A stretch of DNA of 64,000 bases, taken from assembly GCA_963819215.1 (NCBI GenBank), contig CAWFVK010000003.1, positions 138,062 through 202,061 on the forward strand. The letters run 5' to 3'. Each line of letters begins with the position of its first letter. The stretch's first letter is position 1. This DNA is from an uncultured Actinomycetota bacterium (GTDB taxonomy: Bacteria; Actinomycetota; Actinomycetes; Prado026). The position numbers were made by a program, and so were the translations under genes. The notes under the pieces were generated by a model. The model had not been told where the DNA came from. It saw only the letters and a list, made by a program, of their open reading frames with translations, and made no database searches. Shown in pieces: positions 26,885-39,913 of this stretch.

Positions 26885-27721
26885 ATGGGTATCCGTAAGT
26901 ACAAGCCGACGACGCCGGGTCGCCGCGGCGCCAGCGTCGCCGACTTCGTCGAGGTCACTCGGTCCGAGCCGGAGAAGTCGCTGGTCCGTCCGCTGACGTC
27001 CAAGGGCGGCCGCAACAACCTGGGTCGGGTCACCACCCGCCACCAGGGTGGCGGCCACAAGCGCGCCTACCGCGTCATCGACTTCCGTCGTCACGACAAG
27101 GACGGCGTCCCGGCGAAGGTCGCGCACATCGAGTACGACCCCAACCGCACCGCGCGGATCGCGCTGCTGCACTACGCCGACGGCGAGAAGCGCTACATCA
27201 TCGCGCCGAACCGGCTCGCGCAGGGTGACCGCATCGAGAACGGCGCCGGCGCCGACATCAAGCCCGGCAACAACCTCCCGCTGCGCAACATCCCCGTCGG
27301 CACGGTCATCCACGCCATCGAGCTCCGGCCCGGCGGCGGCGCGAAGATCGCCCGCTCGGCCGGTGCCAGCGTCCAGCTCGTCGCCAAGGACGGCCCCTAC
27401 GCCCAGCTCCGGCTGCCGTCGGGCGAGATCCGCAACGTCGACGTCCGCTGCCGCGCGACGGTCGGCGAGGTCGGCAACGCCGAGCAGTCCAACATCAACT
27501 GGGGCAAGGCCGGCCGGATGCGCTGGAAGGGCAAGCGCCCGACCGTCCGCGGTGTCGCGATGAACCCGGTCGACCACCCGCACGGTGGTGGTGAGGGCAA
27601 GACCTCCGGTGGCCGTCACCCGGTGAGCCCGTGGGGTCAGCCCGAGGGTCGTACCCGCAAGCCGAACAAGGCGAGCAACGCCCTGATCGTCCGTCGTCGC
27701 AAGACCAACAAGAAGCGCTAG
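26885..27721 (+). CDS. rplB: 50S ribosomal protein L2
   Basis: [25 protein letters not shown]...[16 protein letters not shown]...[16 protein letters not shown]. Confidence 0.97.
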   Translation: MGIRKYKPTTPGRRGASVADFVEVTRSEPEKSLVRPLTSKGGRNNLGRVTTRHQGGGHKRAYRVIDFRRHDKDGVPAKVAHIEYDPNRTARIALLHYADGEKRYIIAPNRLAQGDRIENGAGADIKPGNNLPLRNIPVGTVIHAIELRPGGGAKIARSAGASVQLVAKDGPYAQLRLPSGEIRNVDVRCRATVGEVGNAEQSNINWGKAGRMRWKGKRPTVRGVAMNPVDHPHGGGEGKTSGGRHPVSPWGQPEGRTRKPNKASNALIVRRRKTNKKR

Positions 27722-27734
27722 GGAGTACGTCGAG

Positions 27735-28016
27735 ATGCCGCGCAGCCTCAAGAAGGGCCCGTTCATCGACGGTCACCTGATGAAGAAGGTGGACGTCCAG
27801 AACGAGAAGGGCACCCACAACGTCATCAAGACCTGGTCCCGGCGTTCGATGATCGTCCCGGCCATGATCGGTCACACGATCGCCGTGCACGACGGCCGCA
27901 AGCACGTCCCGGTCTTCGTCACGGACAACATGGTCGGGCACAAGCTCGGCGAGTTCTCGCCGACCCGCACCTTCCGCGGGCACGAGAAGGACGACCGCAA
28001 GGCGCGCCGCCGCTAG
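27735..28016 (+). CDS. rpsS: 30S ribosomal protein S19
   Basis: [60 protein letters not shown]. Confidence 0.97.
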   Translation: MPRSLKKGPFIDGHLMKKVDVQNEKGTHNVIKTWSRRSMIVPAMIGHTIAVHDGRKHVPVFVTDNMVGHKLGEFSPTRTFRGHEKDDRKARRR

Positions 28017-28053
28017 CCGCGGCTGCCTGACGAGACCAGAGCAGAAACAAGCG

Positions 28054-28486
28054 ATGTCACAGACCAGCAAGGGGACAGCGATGGAAGCCACGGCATCTGC
28101 CCGGGCGAGTGCGCGGTACATCCGCGTCACGCCCAGAAGGCCCGCCGTGTGGTGGACCTGATCCGCGGGCTGCACGGCCGCCGAGGCGCAGGCGCTCCTG
28201 CGCTTCGCGCCGCAGACGGCCAGCGAGTCCGTGGGCAAGGTGCTCGACAGCGCCATCGCCAACGCCGGCAACAACCACGACGATGGACACGAACGGCCTG
28301 ATCATCACCGAGGCGTTCGTGGACGAGGGCCCGACCCTGAAGCGGTTCCGTCCGCGGGCCCAGGGCCGTGCGTACCGGATCCGCAAGCGGACCAGCCACA
28401 TCACCGTGGTCGTCAGCACCGTCACTTCCGCGAACGACAACGACACCGCCGCCGCGGGGTCGTCCAAGAAGGGGAGGACCCGCTAG
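28054..28486 (+). pseudogene. rplV: 50S ribosomal protein L22, three frame breaks (about 28135 -1, about 28168 +1, about 28282 +1). Alternative start 28081
   Basis: [18 protein letters not shown] / [12 protein letters not shown] / [35 protein letters not shown] / [44 protein letters not shown] pieced together from three frames. Confidence 0.85.
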
Positions 28487-29296
28487 TGGGCCAGAAGGTC
28501 AACCCGCACGGGTTCCGGCTCGGCATCACCACCGAGTTCAAGAGCCGGTGGTACGCCGACAAGCTCTACACGGACTACGTCAAGGAAGACGTCGCCATCC
28601 GCAAGATGATGACCAAGGGCATGGAGCGCGCCGGCATCTCCAAGCGTGGAGATCGAGCGCACCCGTGACCGCGTCCGCGTGGACATCCACACGGCGCGCC
28701 CCGGCATCGTCATCGGCCGCCGTGGCGCCGAGGCCGACCGCATCCGCGGCGACCTCGAGAAGCTCACCGGCAAGCAGGTCCAGCTGAACATCCTCGAGGT
28801 CAAGAACCCCGAGACGGACGCCCAGCTCGTCGCCCAGGGTGTCGCCGAGCAGCTCGCCAGCCGGGTCTCGTTCCGCCGCGCGATGCGCAAGTCGATGCAG
28901 TCCGCCATGAAGGCCGGCGCCAAGGGCATCCGGGTCCAGTGCTCCGGCCGTCTCGGTGGCGCCGAGATGAGCCGGTCGGAGTTCTACCGCGAGGGTCGCG
29001 TGCCGCTGCACACGCTCCGCGCGAACATCGACTACGGCTTCTACGAGGCCCGCACGACCTTCGGCCGCATCGGCGTGAAGGTCTGGATCTACAAGGGTGA
29101 CGTCGTGAGCGGCAAGGCCGACCGCGACATCGCGCTGCCCGGCCGCGGTGCCCCGCGCGCCGGTGCCCGCCCGCCGGCGCGTGCTCCGCGCCGTCCTGCG
29201 GGTCGCGACGCCGCGGCTCCGGTCTCGACCGACGAGGCCGTCGCCGCTGTGGCCGCACCTGCCCCAGCCGCTGCCGAGTCCGGAACGGAGGCCTGA
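28486..29296 (+). pseudogene. rpsC: 30S ribosomal protein S3, one +1 frame break at about 28645
   Basis: [53 protein letters not shown], then [43 protein letters not shown]... (ORF 28646..29296). Confidence 0.92.
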
Positions 29297-29298
29297 CC

Positions 29299-29720
29299 AT
29301 GCTGATCCCTCGCAGGGTCAAGCACCGCAAGCAGCACCACCCGGGACGCTCGGGCGCTGCGACGGGTGGGACCCGTGTCACGTTCGGCGAGTACGGCCTG
29401 AGGCCCTCGAGCCGGCGTACGTGACGAACCGGCAGATCGAGGCCGCTCGTATCGCCATGACGCGGCACATCAAGCGTGGCGGCAAGGTGTGGATCAACAT
29501 CTACCCGGACCGTCCCGCTGACCAAGAAGCCCGCTGAGACCCGCATGGGTTCCGGCAAGGGGTCGCCCGAGTGGTGGATCTCGAACGTCAAGCCCGGGCG
29601 GGTCATGTTCGAGCTCGTCCTACCCGAACGAGAAGGTGGCCCGCGAGGCGCTCACCGCGCGCGGCCCACAAGCTCCCGATGAAGTGCCGGATCGTCCGGC
29701 GCGAGGTTGGTGACGTCTGA
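29299..29720 (+). pseudogene. rplP: 50S ribosomal protein L16, four frame breaks
   Basis: [34 protein letters not shown] / [38 protein letters not shown] / [33 protein letters not shown] / [12 protein letters not shown] / [17 protein letters not shown] in alternating frames. Confidence 0.88.
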
Positions 29721-29956
29721 TGGCCAGCAGGTACCAAGCCCTGCGAGCTCCGCGAGCTGGACGACGACGGCCTCGTCGCCAAGCTCCGCGAGGCCAAGGA
29801 GGAGCTGTTCAACCTCCGCTTCCAGGCGGCGACCGGCCAGCTCGAGAACCACGGCCGGCTCAAGGCGCGTCCGCAAGGAGATCGCCGCATCTACACGCTG
29901 ATGCGCGAGCGCGAGCTCGGCATCACGCCCCTCGACCGGTCGACGGTGCGGCATGA
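29720..29956 (+). pseudogene. rpmC: 50S ribosomal protein L29, four frame breaks in 237 nt
   Basis: MA / [46 protein letters not shown] / VRKEIA / [17 protein letters not shown] / VDGAA* from own translation of all three frames. Confidence 0.8.
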
Positions 29957-30262
29957 CCGAGAAGTAGCCGAGAACGTGACCAAGACCGACGCCAGCACGA
30001 GCGCGACCGAGCGCGGCTTCCGCAAGACCCGCGAGGGTCTGGTCGTCAGCGACAAGATGGACAAGACCGTCGTCGTCGCCGTCGAGGACCGCGTCAAGCA
30101 CGCGCTGTACGGCAAGGTCATCCGTCGCACGAACAAGCTGAAGGCGCACGACGAGGCGAACGCTTGCGGGCATCGGCGACCGTGTCCTGCTCATGGAGAC
30201 CCGCCCGCGTCAGCGCCTCGAAGCGCTGGCGCGTCGTGGAGATCCTCGAGAAGGCCAAGTAG
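29953..30262 (+). pseudogene. rpsQ: 30S ribosomal protein S17, three frame breaks
   Basis: MTEK / [68 protein letters not shown] / [13 protein letters not shown] / [17 protein letters not shown]. Confidence 0.85.
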
Positions 30263-30343
30263 CCGAAGTAGACCATCCGTTCGGCCAGGCTCCGGCTGCC
30301 GTCGGTAGACCGAGAGAACCAGCAGACAATCAGGAGAAGTCAC

Positions 30344-30712
30344 GTGATCCAGCAGGAGTCGCGACTGCGTGTCGCCGACAACACCGGTGCGAAGGAGATC
30401 CTTTGCATCCGCGTGCTCGGCGGCTCCGGTCGGCGCTACGCCGGCATCGGCGACGTCATCGTGGCGACCGTCAAGGACGCCATCCCCGGTGGCAACGTCA
30501 AGAAGGGCGACGTCGTCAAGGCGGTCGTCGTCCGCACCATCAAGGAGCGCCGCCGTCCGGACGGCTCGTACATCCGCTTCGACGAGAACGCCGCCGTGAT
30601 CCTGAAGGCCGACGGTGACCCTCGTGGTACCCGCATCTTCGGCCCGGTCGGCCGCGAGCTCCGCGACAAGAAGTTCATGAAGATCATTTCGCTCGCCCCG
30701 GAGGTGCTCTAG
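30344..30712 (+). CDS. rplN: 50S ribosomal protein L14
   Basis: [50 protein letters not shown]. Confidence 0.97.
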   Translation: MIQQESRLRVADNTGAKEILCIRVLGGSGRRYAGIGDVIVATVKDAIPGGNVKKGDVVKAVVVRTIKERRRPDGSYIRFDENAAVILKADGDPRGTRIFGPVGRELRDKKFMKIISLAPEVL

Positions 30713-30714
30713 CC

Positions 30715-31053
30715 ATGGCGAAGGCACGGATGCACGTCAAGAAGGGCGACACCGTCCTGGTCATCAGCGGCAAGGACAAGGGCGTGACCGGCAAGGTCAT
30801 CGTCGCCTACCCCGAGCAGCAGCGCGTCCTCGTCGAGGGCGTGAACCGCATCAAGAAGCACACCAAGGTCGGCCAGAGCGCCCGCGGCGCGAAGACCGGC
30901 GGCATCGTCACCCAGGAGGCCTCGATCCACGTCTCCAACGTGATGCTCGTGGTCGACGCCGACGGCAAGAAGGTCGGCACCCGGGTGGGCTACCGCATCG
31001 ACGAGGACGGCGCCAAGACGCGCGTCGCCCAGCGCACCGGCGAGGACATCTGA
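30715..31053 (+). CDS. rplX: 50S ribosomal protein L24
   Basis: [46 protein letters not shown]. Confidence 0.95.
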   Translation: MAKARMHVKKGDTVLVISGKDKGVTGKVIVAYPEQQRVLVEGVNRIKKHTKVGQSARGAKTGGIVTQEASIHVSNVMLVVDADGKKVGTRVGYRIDEDGAKTRVAQRTGEDI

Positions 31054-31631
31054 TGAGCACGACGACCGAGACCAGCGCACCGCGCACGAGCCCCCGGCTC
31101 AAGGTGCGCTACCGCGAGGAGATCGTCCCCGCCCTGCGCGAGGAGTTCGGCTTCCCGAACATCATGCAGGTGCCCGGCCTGACCAAGGTCGTGGTGAACA
31201 TGGGTGTCGGTGAGGCCGCGCGTGACGCGAAGCTCATCGACGGCGCCGTCCGCGACCTCACGGCGATCACCGGCCAGAAGCCCGCGGTCACCAAGGCCCG
31301 CAAGTCCATCGCGCAGTTCAAGCTGCGCGAGGGCATGCCGATCGGCGCCCACGTGACGCTGCGCGGTGACCGCATGTGGGAGTTCCTCGACCGCCTGCTG
31401 ACCGTGGCGCTGCCCCGCATCCGCGACTTCCGCGGCCTCAACCCCGGCCAGTTCGACCGGCAGGGCAACTACACCTTCGGTCTCACCGAGCAGGCGATGT
31501 TCCACGAGATCGACCAGGACAAGATCGACCGCGTGCGTGGCATGGACATCACCTTGGTGACGACCGCCGCCAACGACGCGGAGGGTCTGGCTCTACTCAA
31601 GCAGCTCGGCTTCCCGTTCAAGGAGAACTGA
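31053..31631 (+). CDS. rplE: 50S ribosomal protein L5
   Basis: [48 protein letters not shown]. Confidence 0.97.
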   Translation: MSTTTETSAPRTSPRLKVRYREEIVPALREEFGFPNIMQVPGLTKVVVNMGVGEAARDAKLIDGAVRDLTAITGQKPAVTKARKSIAQFKLREGMPIGAHVTLRGDRMWEFLDRLLTVALPRIRDFRGLNPGQFDRQGNYTFGLTEQAMFHEIDQDKIDRVRGMDITLVTTAANDAEGLALLKQLGFPFKEN

Positions 31632-31632
31632 C

Positions 31633-31818
31633 GTGGCCAAGAAGTCGCTGATCAACAAGGCGGCGGCGAAGCCGAAGTTCGCCGTGCGCGGGTACACCCG
31701 GTGCAACCGCTGCGGACGCCCGCACGCCGTGTACCGCAAGTTCGGGCTCTGCCGCATCTGCTTCCGCGAGATGGCGCACGCGGGCGAGCTCCCCGGCATC
31801 ACCAAGAGCAGCTGGTAA
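31633..31818 (+). CDS. rpsN: 30S ribosomal protein S14, short zinc-ribbon (type Z) form
   Basis: 61 aa, [61 protein letters not shown] (CxxC...CxxC). Confidence 0.95.
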   Translation: MAKKSLINKAAAKPKFAVRGYTRCNRCGRPHAVYRKFGLCRICFREMAHAGELPGITKSSW

Positions 31819-31894
31819 TCCAGATGACGACGCAGGTCCCGGCGTCCGGACGGACCGACCGGGAAACCACGACGAGAAAGGCCGTTGGCCACTC

Positions 31895-32299
31895 ATGACC
31901 ATGACCGACCCGATCGCGGACATGCTGACCCGTGTGCGGAACGCCAACCAGGCGTACCACGACGTCGTCCGCATGCCCTCGAGCACGCTGAAGGCGCGGA
32001 TCGCTGAGATCCTCAAGCAAGAGGGCTACATCAGCGGCTACCACGTCGAGGACAACGAGAACGCCGTGGGCAAGTCCCTGGTGCTCGACCTCAAGTACGG
32101 CCCCAACCGCGAGCGTTCGATCGCTGGCGTCCGCCGGGTGTCCAAGCCCGGACTGCGCGTCTACGCGAAGTCGACGGCGCTCCCCAAGGTCCTCGGTGGC
32201 CTCGGCGTGGCCATCATCTCGACGTCCACCGGCCTGCTGACCGACAAGCAGGCCTCCAAGAAGGGCGTAGGTGGGGAAGTCCTCGCCTACGTCTGGTAG
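31895..32299 (+). CDS. rpsH: 30S ribosomal protein S8
   Basis: [46 protein letters not shown]. Confidence 0.97.
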   Translation: MTMTDPIADMLTRVRNANQAYHDVVRMPSSTLKARIAEILKQEGYISGYHVEDNENAVGKSLVLDLKYGPNRERSIAGVRRVSKPGLRVYAKSTALPKVLGGLGVAIISTSTGLLTDKQASKKGVGGEVLAYVW

Positions 32300-32316
32300 C
32301 AGGGAGAGGAAGAGCC

Positions 32317-32856
32317 ATGTCGCGCATCGGACGGCTGCCCATCCCCGTTCCCGCTGGGGTGGATGTCGCCATCGAAGGCCAGGACGTCACGGTCAAGGGT
32401 CCGAAGGGCCAGCTCGCGCTGACCGTCGTGGACCCCATCCGCATCGAGCGTCAGGAGGACGGCACCCTCGGGGTGTCCCGTCCCAACGACGAGCGTGCGA
32501 ACCGGTCGCTGCACGGCCTGACCCGCACGCTGGTCGCCAACATGGTGACCGGGGTGACCACGGGGTTCTCCAAGGACCTCGAGATCGTCGGCGTCGGCTA
32601 CCGCGTGCAGCCCAAGGGCAACGGGCTCGAGTTCGCGCTCGGGTACAGCCACTCCATCCAGGTCGACGCGCCCGAGGGCATCTCGTTCACCGTCGCCAGC
32701 CCCACCCGGCTGACCGTGAACGGCATCGACAAGCAGCAGGTCGGCGAGGTCGCCGCGAACATCCGCAAGCTGCGGAAGCCCGAGCCCTACAAGGGCAAGG
32801 GCATCCGGTACGCCGGCGAGGTCGTGCGTCGCAAGGTCGGAAAGGCCGGTAAGTAG
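32317..32856 (+). CDS. rplF: 50S ribosomal protein L6
   Basis: [37 protein letters not shown]...[14 protein letters not shown]. Confidence 0.97.
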   Translation: MSRIGRLPIPVPAGVDVAIEGQDVTVKGPKGQLALTVVDPIRIERQEDGTLGVSRPNDERANRSLHGLTRTLVANMVTGVTTGFSKDLEIVGVGYRVQPKGNGLEFALGYSHSIQVDAPEGISFTVASPTRLTVNGIDKQQVGEVAANIRKLRKPEPYKGKGIRYAGEVVRRKVGKAGK

Positions 32857-32858
32857 CC

Positions 32859-33245
32859 ATGACCATCGGTGTCAAGCTGAGTGGTACCAAGACGACGAAG
32901 AAGACCATCGGTCGCAAGCGTCGTCACATCCGGGTCCGCAAGAAGGTCGCCGGCTCGGCCGCGCGTCCGCGGCTGGTCGTGACCCGCTCCTCGCGGCACG
33001 TGTTCGTCCAGGTCATCGACGACCTCGCCGGTCACACGCTGGCGTCGGCCTCCACGATGGAGGCGGACCTGCGCGCGGACGGCGGCGACAAGACGGCCAA
33101 GGCGCGCAAGGTCGGCGAGCTCGTCGCCGAGCGCGCGAAGGCTGCCGGCATCGAGTCGGTCGTGTTCGACCGGGGTGGCAACCGCTACCACGGGCGGGTC
33201 GCGGCGATCGCCGACGGCGCACGCGAAGGCGGGCTGGAGTTCTGA
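32859..33245 (+). CDS. rplR: 50S ribosomal protein L18
   Basis: [37 protein letters not shown]...[28 protein letters not shown]. Confidence 0.97.
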   Translation: MTIGVKLSGTKTTKKTIGRKRRHIRVRKKVAGSAARPRLVVTRSSRHVFVQVIDDLAGHTLASASTMEADLRADGGDKTAKARKVGELVAERAKAAGIESVVFDRGGNRYHGRVAAIADGAREGGLEF

Positions 33246-33291
33246 TGACCCACGACACGACGTACGACATCCAGTCTGGAAGGGATCTCTG

Positions 33292-33897
33292 ATGGCTGCA
33301 CCCCAGCGCAGCAGAACGGGCGCCGGAGCCGGCGGCGATCGCAAGGACGGCCGCCGCGACGGCGGCCGCGGCGCTGCCGAGAAGACCACCTACCTCGAGC
33401 GCGTGGTCGCGATCAACCGCGTCTCCAAGGTCGTCAAGGGTGGTCGTCGCTTCAGCTTCACCGCCCTCGTGGTGGTCGGCGACGGCGACGGCACCGTCGG
33501 TGTCGGCTACGGCAAGGCCAAGGAGGTCCCCGCGGCGATCGCCAAGGGTGTCGAGGAGGCCAAGAAGTCCTTCTTCAAGGTCCCGCGCATCCAGGGCACC
33601 ATCCCGCACCCGGTCCAGGGCGAGAAGGCCGCCGGCGTGGTCATGCTGCGCCCGGCCTCGCCCGGTACCGGTGTCATCGCCGGTGGTCCGGTGCGCGCCG
33701 TGCTCGAGTGCGCCGGCATCCACGACGTCCTCAGCAAGTCGCTCGGCTCGGACAACGCGATCAACGTCGTGCACGCCACCGTCGCCGCTCTGCAGGGGCT
33801 GGAGCGTCCCGAGGCTGTCGCGGCTCGCCGCGGCCTCGCCGTCGAGGACGTCGTGCCGGCACACCTGCTCAGGGCCATCGCGGCAGGGGCAAGCTGA
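33292..33897 (+). CDS. rpsE: 30S ribosomal protein S5
   Basis: ATG 33292 after [58 protein letters not shown] inside ORF 33175..33897. Confidence 0.95.
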   Translation: MAAPQRSRTGAGAGGDRKDGRRDGGRGAAEKTTYLERVVAINRVSKVVKGGRRFSFTALVVVGDGDGTVGVGYGKAKEVPAAIAKGVEEAKKSFFKVPRIQGTIPHPVQGEKAAGVVMLRPASPGTGVIAGGPVRAVLECAGIHDVLSKSLGSDNAINVVHATVAALQGLERPEAVAARRGLAVEDVVPAHLLRAIAAGAS

Positions 33898-34079
33898 TGG
33901 GCCGGCTCAAGGTCACCCAGACGCGCTCCGGCATCGGTGGCACGCAGGGGCAGCGCGACACCCTGCGCTCGCTGGGCCTCAAGCGCCTGCGGGACGTCGT
34001 CGTCAAGGAGGACCGGCCCGAGATCCGCGGCATGGTCAACACGGTGTCGCACCTCGTCACCGTCGAGGAGGTCGACTAG
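33897..34079 (+). CDS. rpmD: 50S ribosomal protein L30
   Basis: [64 protein letters not shown] overlap with the rpsE stop. Confidence 0.95.
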   Translation: MGRLKVTQTRSGIGGTQGQRDTLRSLGLKRLRDVVVKEDRPEIRGMVNTVSHLVTVEEVD

Positions 34080-34081
34080 TC

Positions 34082-34522
34082 ATGACGCTCAAGGTCCATC
34101 ACCTGCGCCCGGCGCCGGGGTCCAAGACCGCCAAGACCCGGGTGGGTCGTGGCGAGGGCTCCAAGGGCAAGACCGCCGGCCGCGGCACCAAGGGCACCAA
34201 GGCCCGTTACCAGGTCCCGGCCCGGTTCGAGGGCGGCCAGATGCCGATGCACATGCGGCTGCCCAAGCTCCGCGGCTTCACCAACCCGTTCCGCGTGGAG
34301 TACCAGGTCGTCAACCTGGCCAAGCTCTCCGCGCTGTACCCCGAGGGCGGCGTCGTCACCGTCGCCGACCTCGTGGCCAAGGGCGCCGTCCGTAAGGGCG
34401 AGGTCGTCAAGGTCCTCGGCAACGGGGAGCTCACCGTGAAGATCGATGTCACGGTCGACGCCTTCTCGGCCACCGCCAAGGAGAAGATCGTGGCTGCCGG
34501 TGGGACCGCCACCGAGCTCTAG
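34082..34522 (+). CDS. rplO: 50S ribosomal protein L15
   Basis: [66 protein letters not shown] inside ORF 33440..34522. Confidence 0.95.
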   Translation: MTLKVHHLRPAPGSKTAKTRVGRGEGSKGKTAGRGTKGTKARYQVPARFEGGQMPMHMRLPKLRGFTNPFRVEYQVVNLAKLSALYPEGGVVTVADLVAKGAVRKGEVVKVLGNGELTVKIDVTVDAFSATAKEKIVAAGGTATEL

Positions 34523-34718
34523 GCAGTCCCGGCAACCTGCTGTGCGTGTGGGGCGTTCCCGTCACCGGGGCGCCCCCTCGCGCATCAGTGGCTGTTATCG
34601 TCCTACCGGTGGGCCGTCGCAGGCGGGCACCTCGACGGAGCAACTGTGCAAGCCCACCGTTCTCTACCCATCTCTGACTCGTTAGCGACCCGCTCCGGGT
34701 AGCCCGCAGGAGGCCGAA

Positions 34719-36604
<1,886 letters not shown>

Positions 36605-36643
36605 CCTGGGCGTTGGCGACATGCTGAGCACGAAGGCGAGCCG

Positions 36644-37474
36644 ATGACGATGTTCCGTACCCGAGACCGCATCGAGATCAAGTCGCCGGAGCAGATCGAG
36701 AAGATGCGCACGGCTGGGCTGGTCGTGGGGGGCGCCCTCGAGATGCTCCGGGCGGCCGTCGCCCCCGGGATGACGACGCTCGACCTCGACCTCCTCGGGC
36801 GCACCTACCTCGCCGACCACGGCGCCACCTCGAACTTCGACCACTACCACGCCCACGGCGACGACCCCGGGTTCATCGGCGTGCTCTGCGCCTCGGTCAA
36901 CGACGAGATCGTCCACGGCATCCCCGGCCCGCGGGTCATCGAGGACGGCGACCTCGTCTCGATCGACTTCGGCGCGATCGTGGACGGCTGGCACGGCGAC
37001 TCCGCGATCAGCGTCCCCGTCGGTGACGTCGCCCCCGAGGTCCTGCGCCTGGCGGAGGTCACCGAGGACGCCCTCTGGGCCGGGATCGCCGCTGCGAAGG
37101 TCGGGGGCAGGCTCACGGACATCTCCGCCGCCGTCGAGGCGTCGGTCCGAGCCGCCGGTGACTACGGCATCGTGGAGGAGTACGTCGGCCACGGCATCGG
37201 CACCGAGATGCACATGGACCCGTCGGTGCCGAACTACGGCCGCCCCGGGCAGGGGCCGCGGCTGGTCGAGGGGATGGCGCTGGCGATCGAGCCCATGGTC
37301 AACCTCGGGACCCGCTTCACCAGGGCGCTGGACGACGGCTGGACCGTGGTCACCGACGACGGCCGGATCTCCGCGCACTTCGAGCACACGGTGGCGCTCA
37401 CGGCTGACGGCCCCTGGGTGCTCACAGCCCTCGACGGTGGCGCGGCCCGCCTGGGCGTGCCACCGCGCCCCTAG
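36644..37474 (+). CDS. map: type I methionine aminopeptidase
   Basis: Intact 276 aa: ASVNDEIVHGIPG...DLVSIDFGAIVDGWHGDSA...VGHGIGTEMHMDP...ALAIEPMV...EHTVALT. Confidence 0.93.
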   Translation: MTMFRTRDRIEIKSPEQIEKMRTAGLVVGGALEMLRAAVAPGMTTLDLDLLGRTYLADHGATSNFDHYHAHGDDPGFIGVLCASVNDEIVHGIPGPRVIEDGDLVSIDFGAIVDGWHGDSAISVPVGDVAPEVLRLAEVTEDALWAGIAAAKVGGRLTDISAAVEASVRAAGDYGIVEEYVGHGIGTEMHMDPSVPNYGRPGQGPRLVEGMALAIEPMVNLGTRFTRALDDGWTVVTDDGRISAHFEHTVALTADGPWVLTALDGGAARLGVPPRP

Positions 37475-37665
37475 CACGGTGGGCACCGGTTTCCCAGCAC
37501 CCCCGCCTGTGGCGTAGCATAGGGAGTCGGCCCAGTGATGGGCGCCGTTTCTGCGTGCCTGCGGCTGGGAGGCTCTCCCGGCGCGTTGCATCGGCGCTTG
37601 GGCCAGGCGTGGTGCCTATCTACACCGCGCCCACCTCACCAGCAGTTCGGTTCGTCGCTCCACCA

Positions 37666-37726
37666 CGCACGACCTCGTCCGGCACGACTCGTTCACGCAC
37701 GACCCGTTCACGCAGCACCTCGTTCC
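37666..37726 (+). repeat. about 4 degenerate tandem copies of a 15-nt unit (CGCACGACYCGTTCA) in the infA leader
   Basis: cgcacgacctcgtccg / gcacgactcgttca / cgcacgacccgttca / cgcagcacctcgttcc, ending 22 nt before the infA ATG. Confidence 0.7.
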
Positions 37727-37748
37727 AACGAAAGAGACCACGGAGTTC

Positions 37749-37970
37749 ATGGCGAAGAAAGACGGTGTGCTCGAGCTTGAAGGCACGGTCGTCGAGTCCC
37801 TCCCGAACGCGATGTTCAGGGTCGAGCTCGAGAACGGTCACAAGGTCCTCGCGCACATCAGCGGGAAGATGCGCCAGCACTACATCCGGATCCTCCCCGA
37901 GGACCGCGTGGTGGTTGAGCTCAGCCCGTACGACCTGACCCGTGGCCGGATCGTCTACCGCTACAAGTAG
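37749..37970 (+). CDS. infA: translation initiation factor IF-1
   Basis: [73 protein letters not shown]. Confidence 0.97.
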   Translation: MAKKDGVLELEGTVVESLPNAMFRVELENGHKVLAHISGKMRQHYIRILPEDRVVVELSPYDLTRGRIVYRYK

Positions 37971-38014
37971 GCCAGCGTTTCCGCCAGCACACGATCGACT
38001 CACTCGGAGACATC

Positions 38015-38128
38015 ATGAAGGTCAAGCCGAGCGTCAAGCCGATGTGCGACAAGTGCAAGGTGATCCGCCGTCACGGGCGGGTCATGGTGATCTGCACCAA
38101 CCTGCGTCACAAGCAGCGTCAGGGCTGA
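38015..38128 (+). CDS. rpmJ: 50S ribosomal protein L36
   Basis: Own translation: [37 protein letters not shown]. Confidence 0.93.
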   Translation: MKVKPSVKPMCDKCKVIRRHGRVMVICTNLRHKQRQG

Positions 38129-38228
38129 CCACACGCACCAGCGCACCACGCACGACGCACAGCTAGCACCACCAGCACAGCAGCAAGGCGCAGTCCCGAC
38201 CACCGCTCAGCAGGACGAGCGGCACCAC

Positions 38229-38269
38229 CCCCGGCACGGAGGCCGGGGACCCACCCCGGGCGGGGTGGG
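38229..38269 (+). other. two adjacent GC hairpins in the rpmJ-rpsM spacer (terminator-like or alpha-operon leader structure)
   Basis: CCCCGGC-acggag-GCCGGGG (38229-38248) and CCCACCCC-gggc-GGGGTGGG (38250-38269). Confidence 0.4.
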
Positions 38270-38312
38270 ACAGGGCCTGCGCGAGACCTCCGCGATCGAA
38301 AGGTTCCGCCCA

Positions 38313-38690
38313 GTGGCACGTCTTGTCGGCGTCGACCTCCCCCGCGAGAAGCGGCTCGAGGTTGCGCTCACCTACATCTACGGCATCGGCCGTACCCGCG
38401 CCCAGGAGACCCTGGCGCGCACCGGCATCTCCGCCGACGTCCGCGTCAAGGACCTCGGCGACGAGGACCTCGTCCAGCTCCGTGACTGGATCGAGGCCAG
38501 CTACAAGGTCGAGGGTGACCTGCGCCGTGAGGTCGCTGCCGACATCCGCCGCAAGGTGGAGATCGGTTGCTACCAGGGCCTGCGCCACCGCAAGGGTCTG
38601 CCGGTCCACGGCCAGCGGACCCACACCAACGCCCGGACCCGCAAGGGCCCGCGTCGCGCCATCGCCGGCAAGAAGAAGGTCGGCAAGTAG
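38313..38690 (+). CDS. rpsM: 30S ribosomal protein S13
   Basis: GTG 38313 after [45 protein letters not shown]...[24 protein letters not shown]. Confidence 0.95.
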   Translation: MARLVGVDLPREKRLEVALTYIYGIGRTRAQETLARTGISADVRVKDLGDEDLVQLRDWIEASYKVEGDLRREVAADIRRKVEIGCYQGLRHRKGLPVHGQRTHTNARTRKGPRRAIAGKKKVGK

Positions 38691-38753
38691 CAGTAGTCCG
38701 TACGGTCCCGAAGACCCGACGGACCGACCACCTCCCCCAGGAGTCCTTGCGTA

Positions 38754-39161
38754 ATGCCTCCCAAGAGCAGAACAGCCCCAGGCGCCAAGAAGGTGCGCCG
38801 CAAAGAGAAGAAGAACGTGGCCCATGGCCACGCTCACATCAAGAGCACGTTCAACAACACCATCGTCTCGATCACCGATCCCACTGGTGCCGTGATCGCG
38901 TGGGCCTCAGCCGGCCAGGTCGGCTTCAAGGGCTCGCGCAAGTCGACCCCGTTCGCCGCGCAGATGGCAGCCGAGGCTGCCGCCCGCCGGGCGATGGAGC
39001 ACGGCATGCGCAAGGTCGACGTGTTCGTCAAGGGTCCCGGCTCCGGCCGTGAGACCGCGATCCGCTCCCTGCAGGCCACTGGCCTCGAGGTCGGCGCGAT
39101 CCAGGACGTCACGCCCAGCCCCCACAACGGCTGCCGCCCGCCCAAGCGTCGCCGCGTCTGA
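38754..39161 (+). CDS. rpsK: 30S ribosomal protein S11
   Basis: [50 protein letters not shown]. Confidence 0.97.
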   Translation: MPPKSRTAPGAKKVRRKEKKNVAHGHAHIKSTFNNTIVSITDPTGAVIAWASAGQVGFKGSRKSTPFAAQMAAEAAARRAMEHGMRKVDVFVKGPGSGRETAIRSLQATGLEVGAIQDVTPSPHNGCRPPKRRRV

Positions 39162-39194
39162 CGCGCGGACCGGATACAGGAGATCTGAGAAGAC

Positions 39195-39821
39195 ATGGCC
39201 CGATACACCGGTCCTGACTGCAAGCGTTGCCGTCGGGAGAAGACCAAGCTGTTCCTCAAGGGTGCGAAGTGCGAGTCACCCAAGTGCCCCATGGAGATCC
39301 GTCCTTACCCCCCGGGTGAGCACGGCCGCGGCCGCACCAAGGACAGCGAGTACCTCCTGCAGAAGCGGGAGAAGCAGAAGTGCGCCCGCATCTACGGCGT
39401 GCTCGAGAAGCAGTTCCGTGGGTACTACGAAGAGGCTTCCCGCAAGTCGGGCAAGACCGGCGAGAACCTGCTGGTCATCCTCGAGAGCCGGCTGGACAAC
39501 GTCGTGTACCGCGCCGGTTTCGGCAAGTCGCGTGACATGGCCCGCCAGCTCGTGAAGCACGGCCACATCACGGTCAACGGCAAGAAGGTCGACATCCCGT
39601 CGTACCGCGTCTCGCCGGCCGACATCGTCGAGGTCCGCGCCAGCTCGCGTGAGCTCACCCCGTTCATCATCGCGACCGCCGAGCAGGGCGAGAAGACCGT
39701 CCCCGCCTGGCTCGAGGTCATCCCCGGTCGGCTGCGCGTGCTCGTGCACAACCTCCCGGCGCGTCAGGTCATCGACACGCAGGTCCAGGAGCAGCTGATC
39801 GTCGAGCTCTACTCCAAGTAG
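39195..39821 (+). CDS. rpsD: 30S ribosomal protein S4
   Basis: MARYTGPDCKRCRREKTKLFLKGAKCESPKCPMEIRPYPPGEHGRGRTKDSEYLLQKREKQK. Confidence 0.97.
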   Translation: MARYTGPDCKRCRREKTKLFLKGAKCESPKCPMEIRPYPPGEHGRGRTKDSEYLLQKREKQKCARIYGVLEKQFRGYYEEASRKSGKTGENLLVILESRLDNVVYRAGFGKSRDMARQLVKHGHITVNGKKVDIPSYRVSPADIVEVRASSRELTPFIIATAEQGEKTVPAWLEVIPGRLRVLVHNLPARQVIDTQVQEQLIVELYSK

Positions 39822-39913
39822 CAGCACCGCACCACCGCAGGCCGCACCACCGAACCGGTCGGTGCACATTCGCTGGCGTCAAATAGTGGGCGCCACGGTT
39901 CAGGAGGATCACC

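Noticed and set aside
28054-30262. Programmed ribosomal frameshifting or transcriptional slippage in the r-protein genes
   Set aside because: The breaks go in both directions and there are up to four per 240 nt. I saw no slippery heptamers or stimulatory structures at the break points, and these genes are not known to use recoding.
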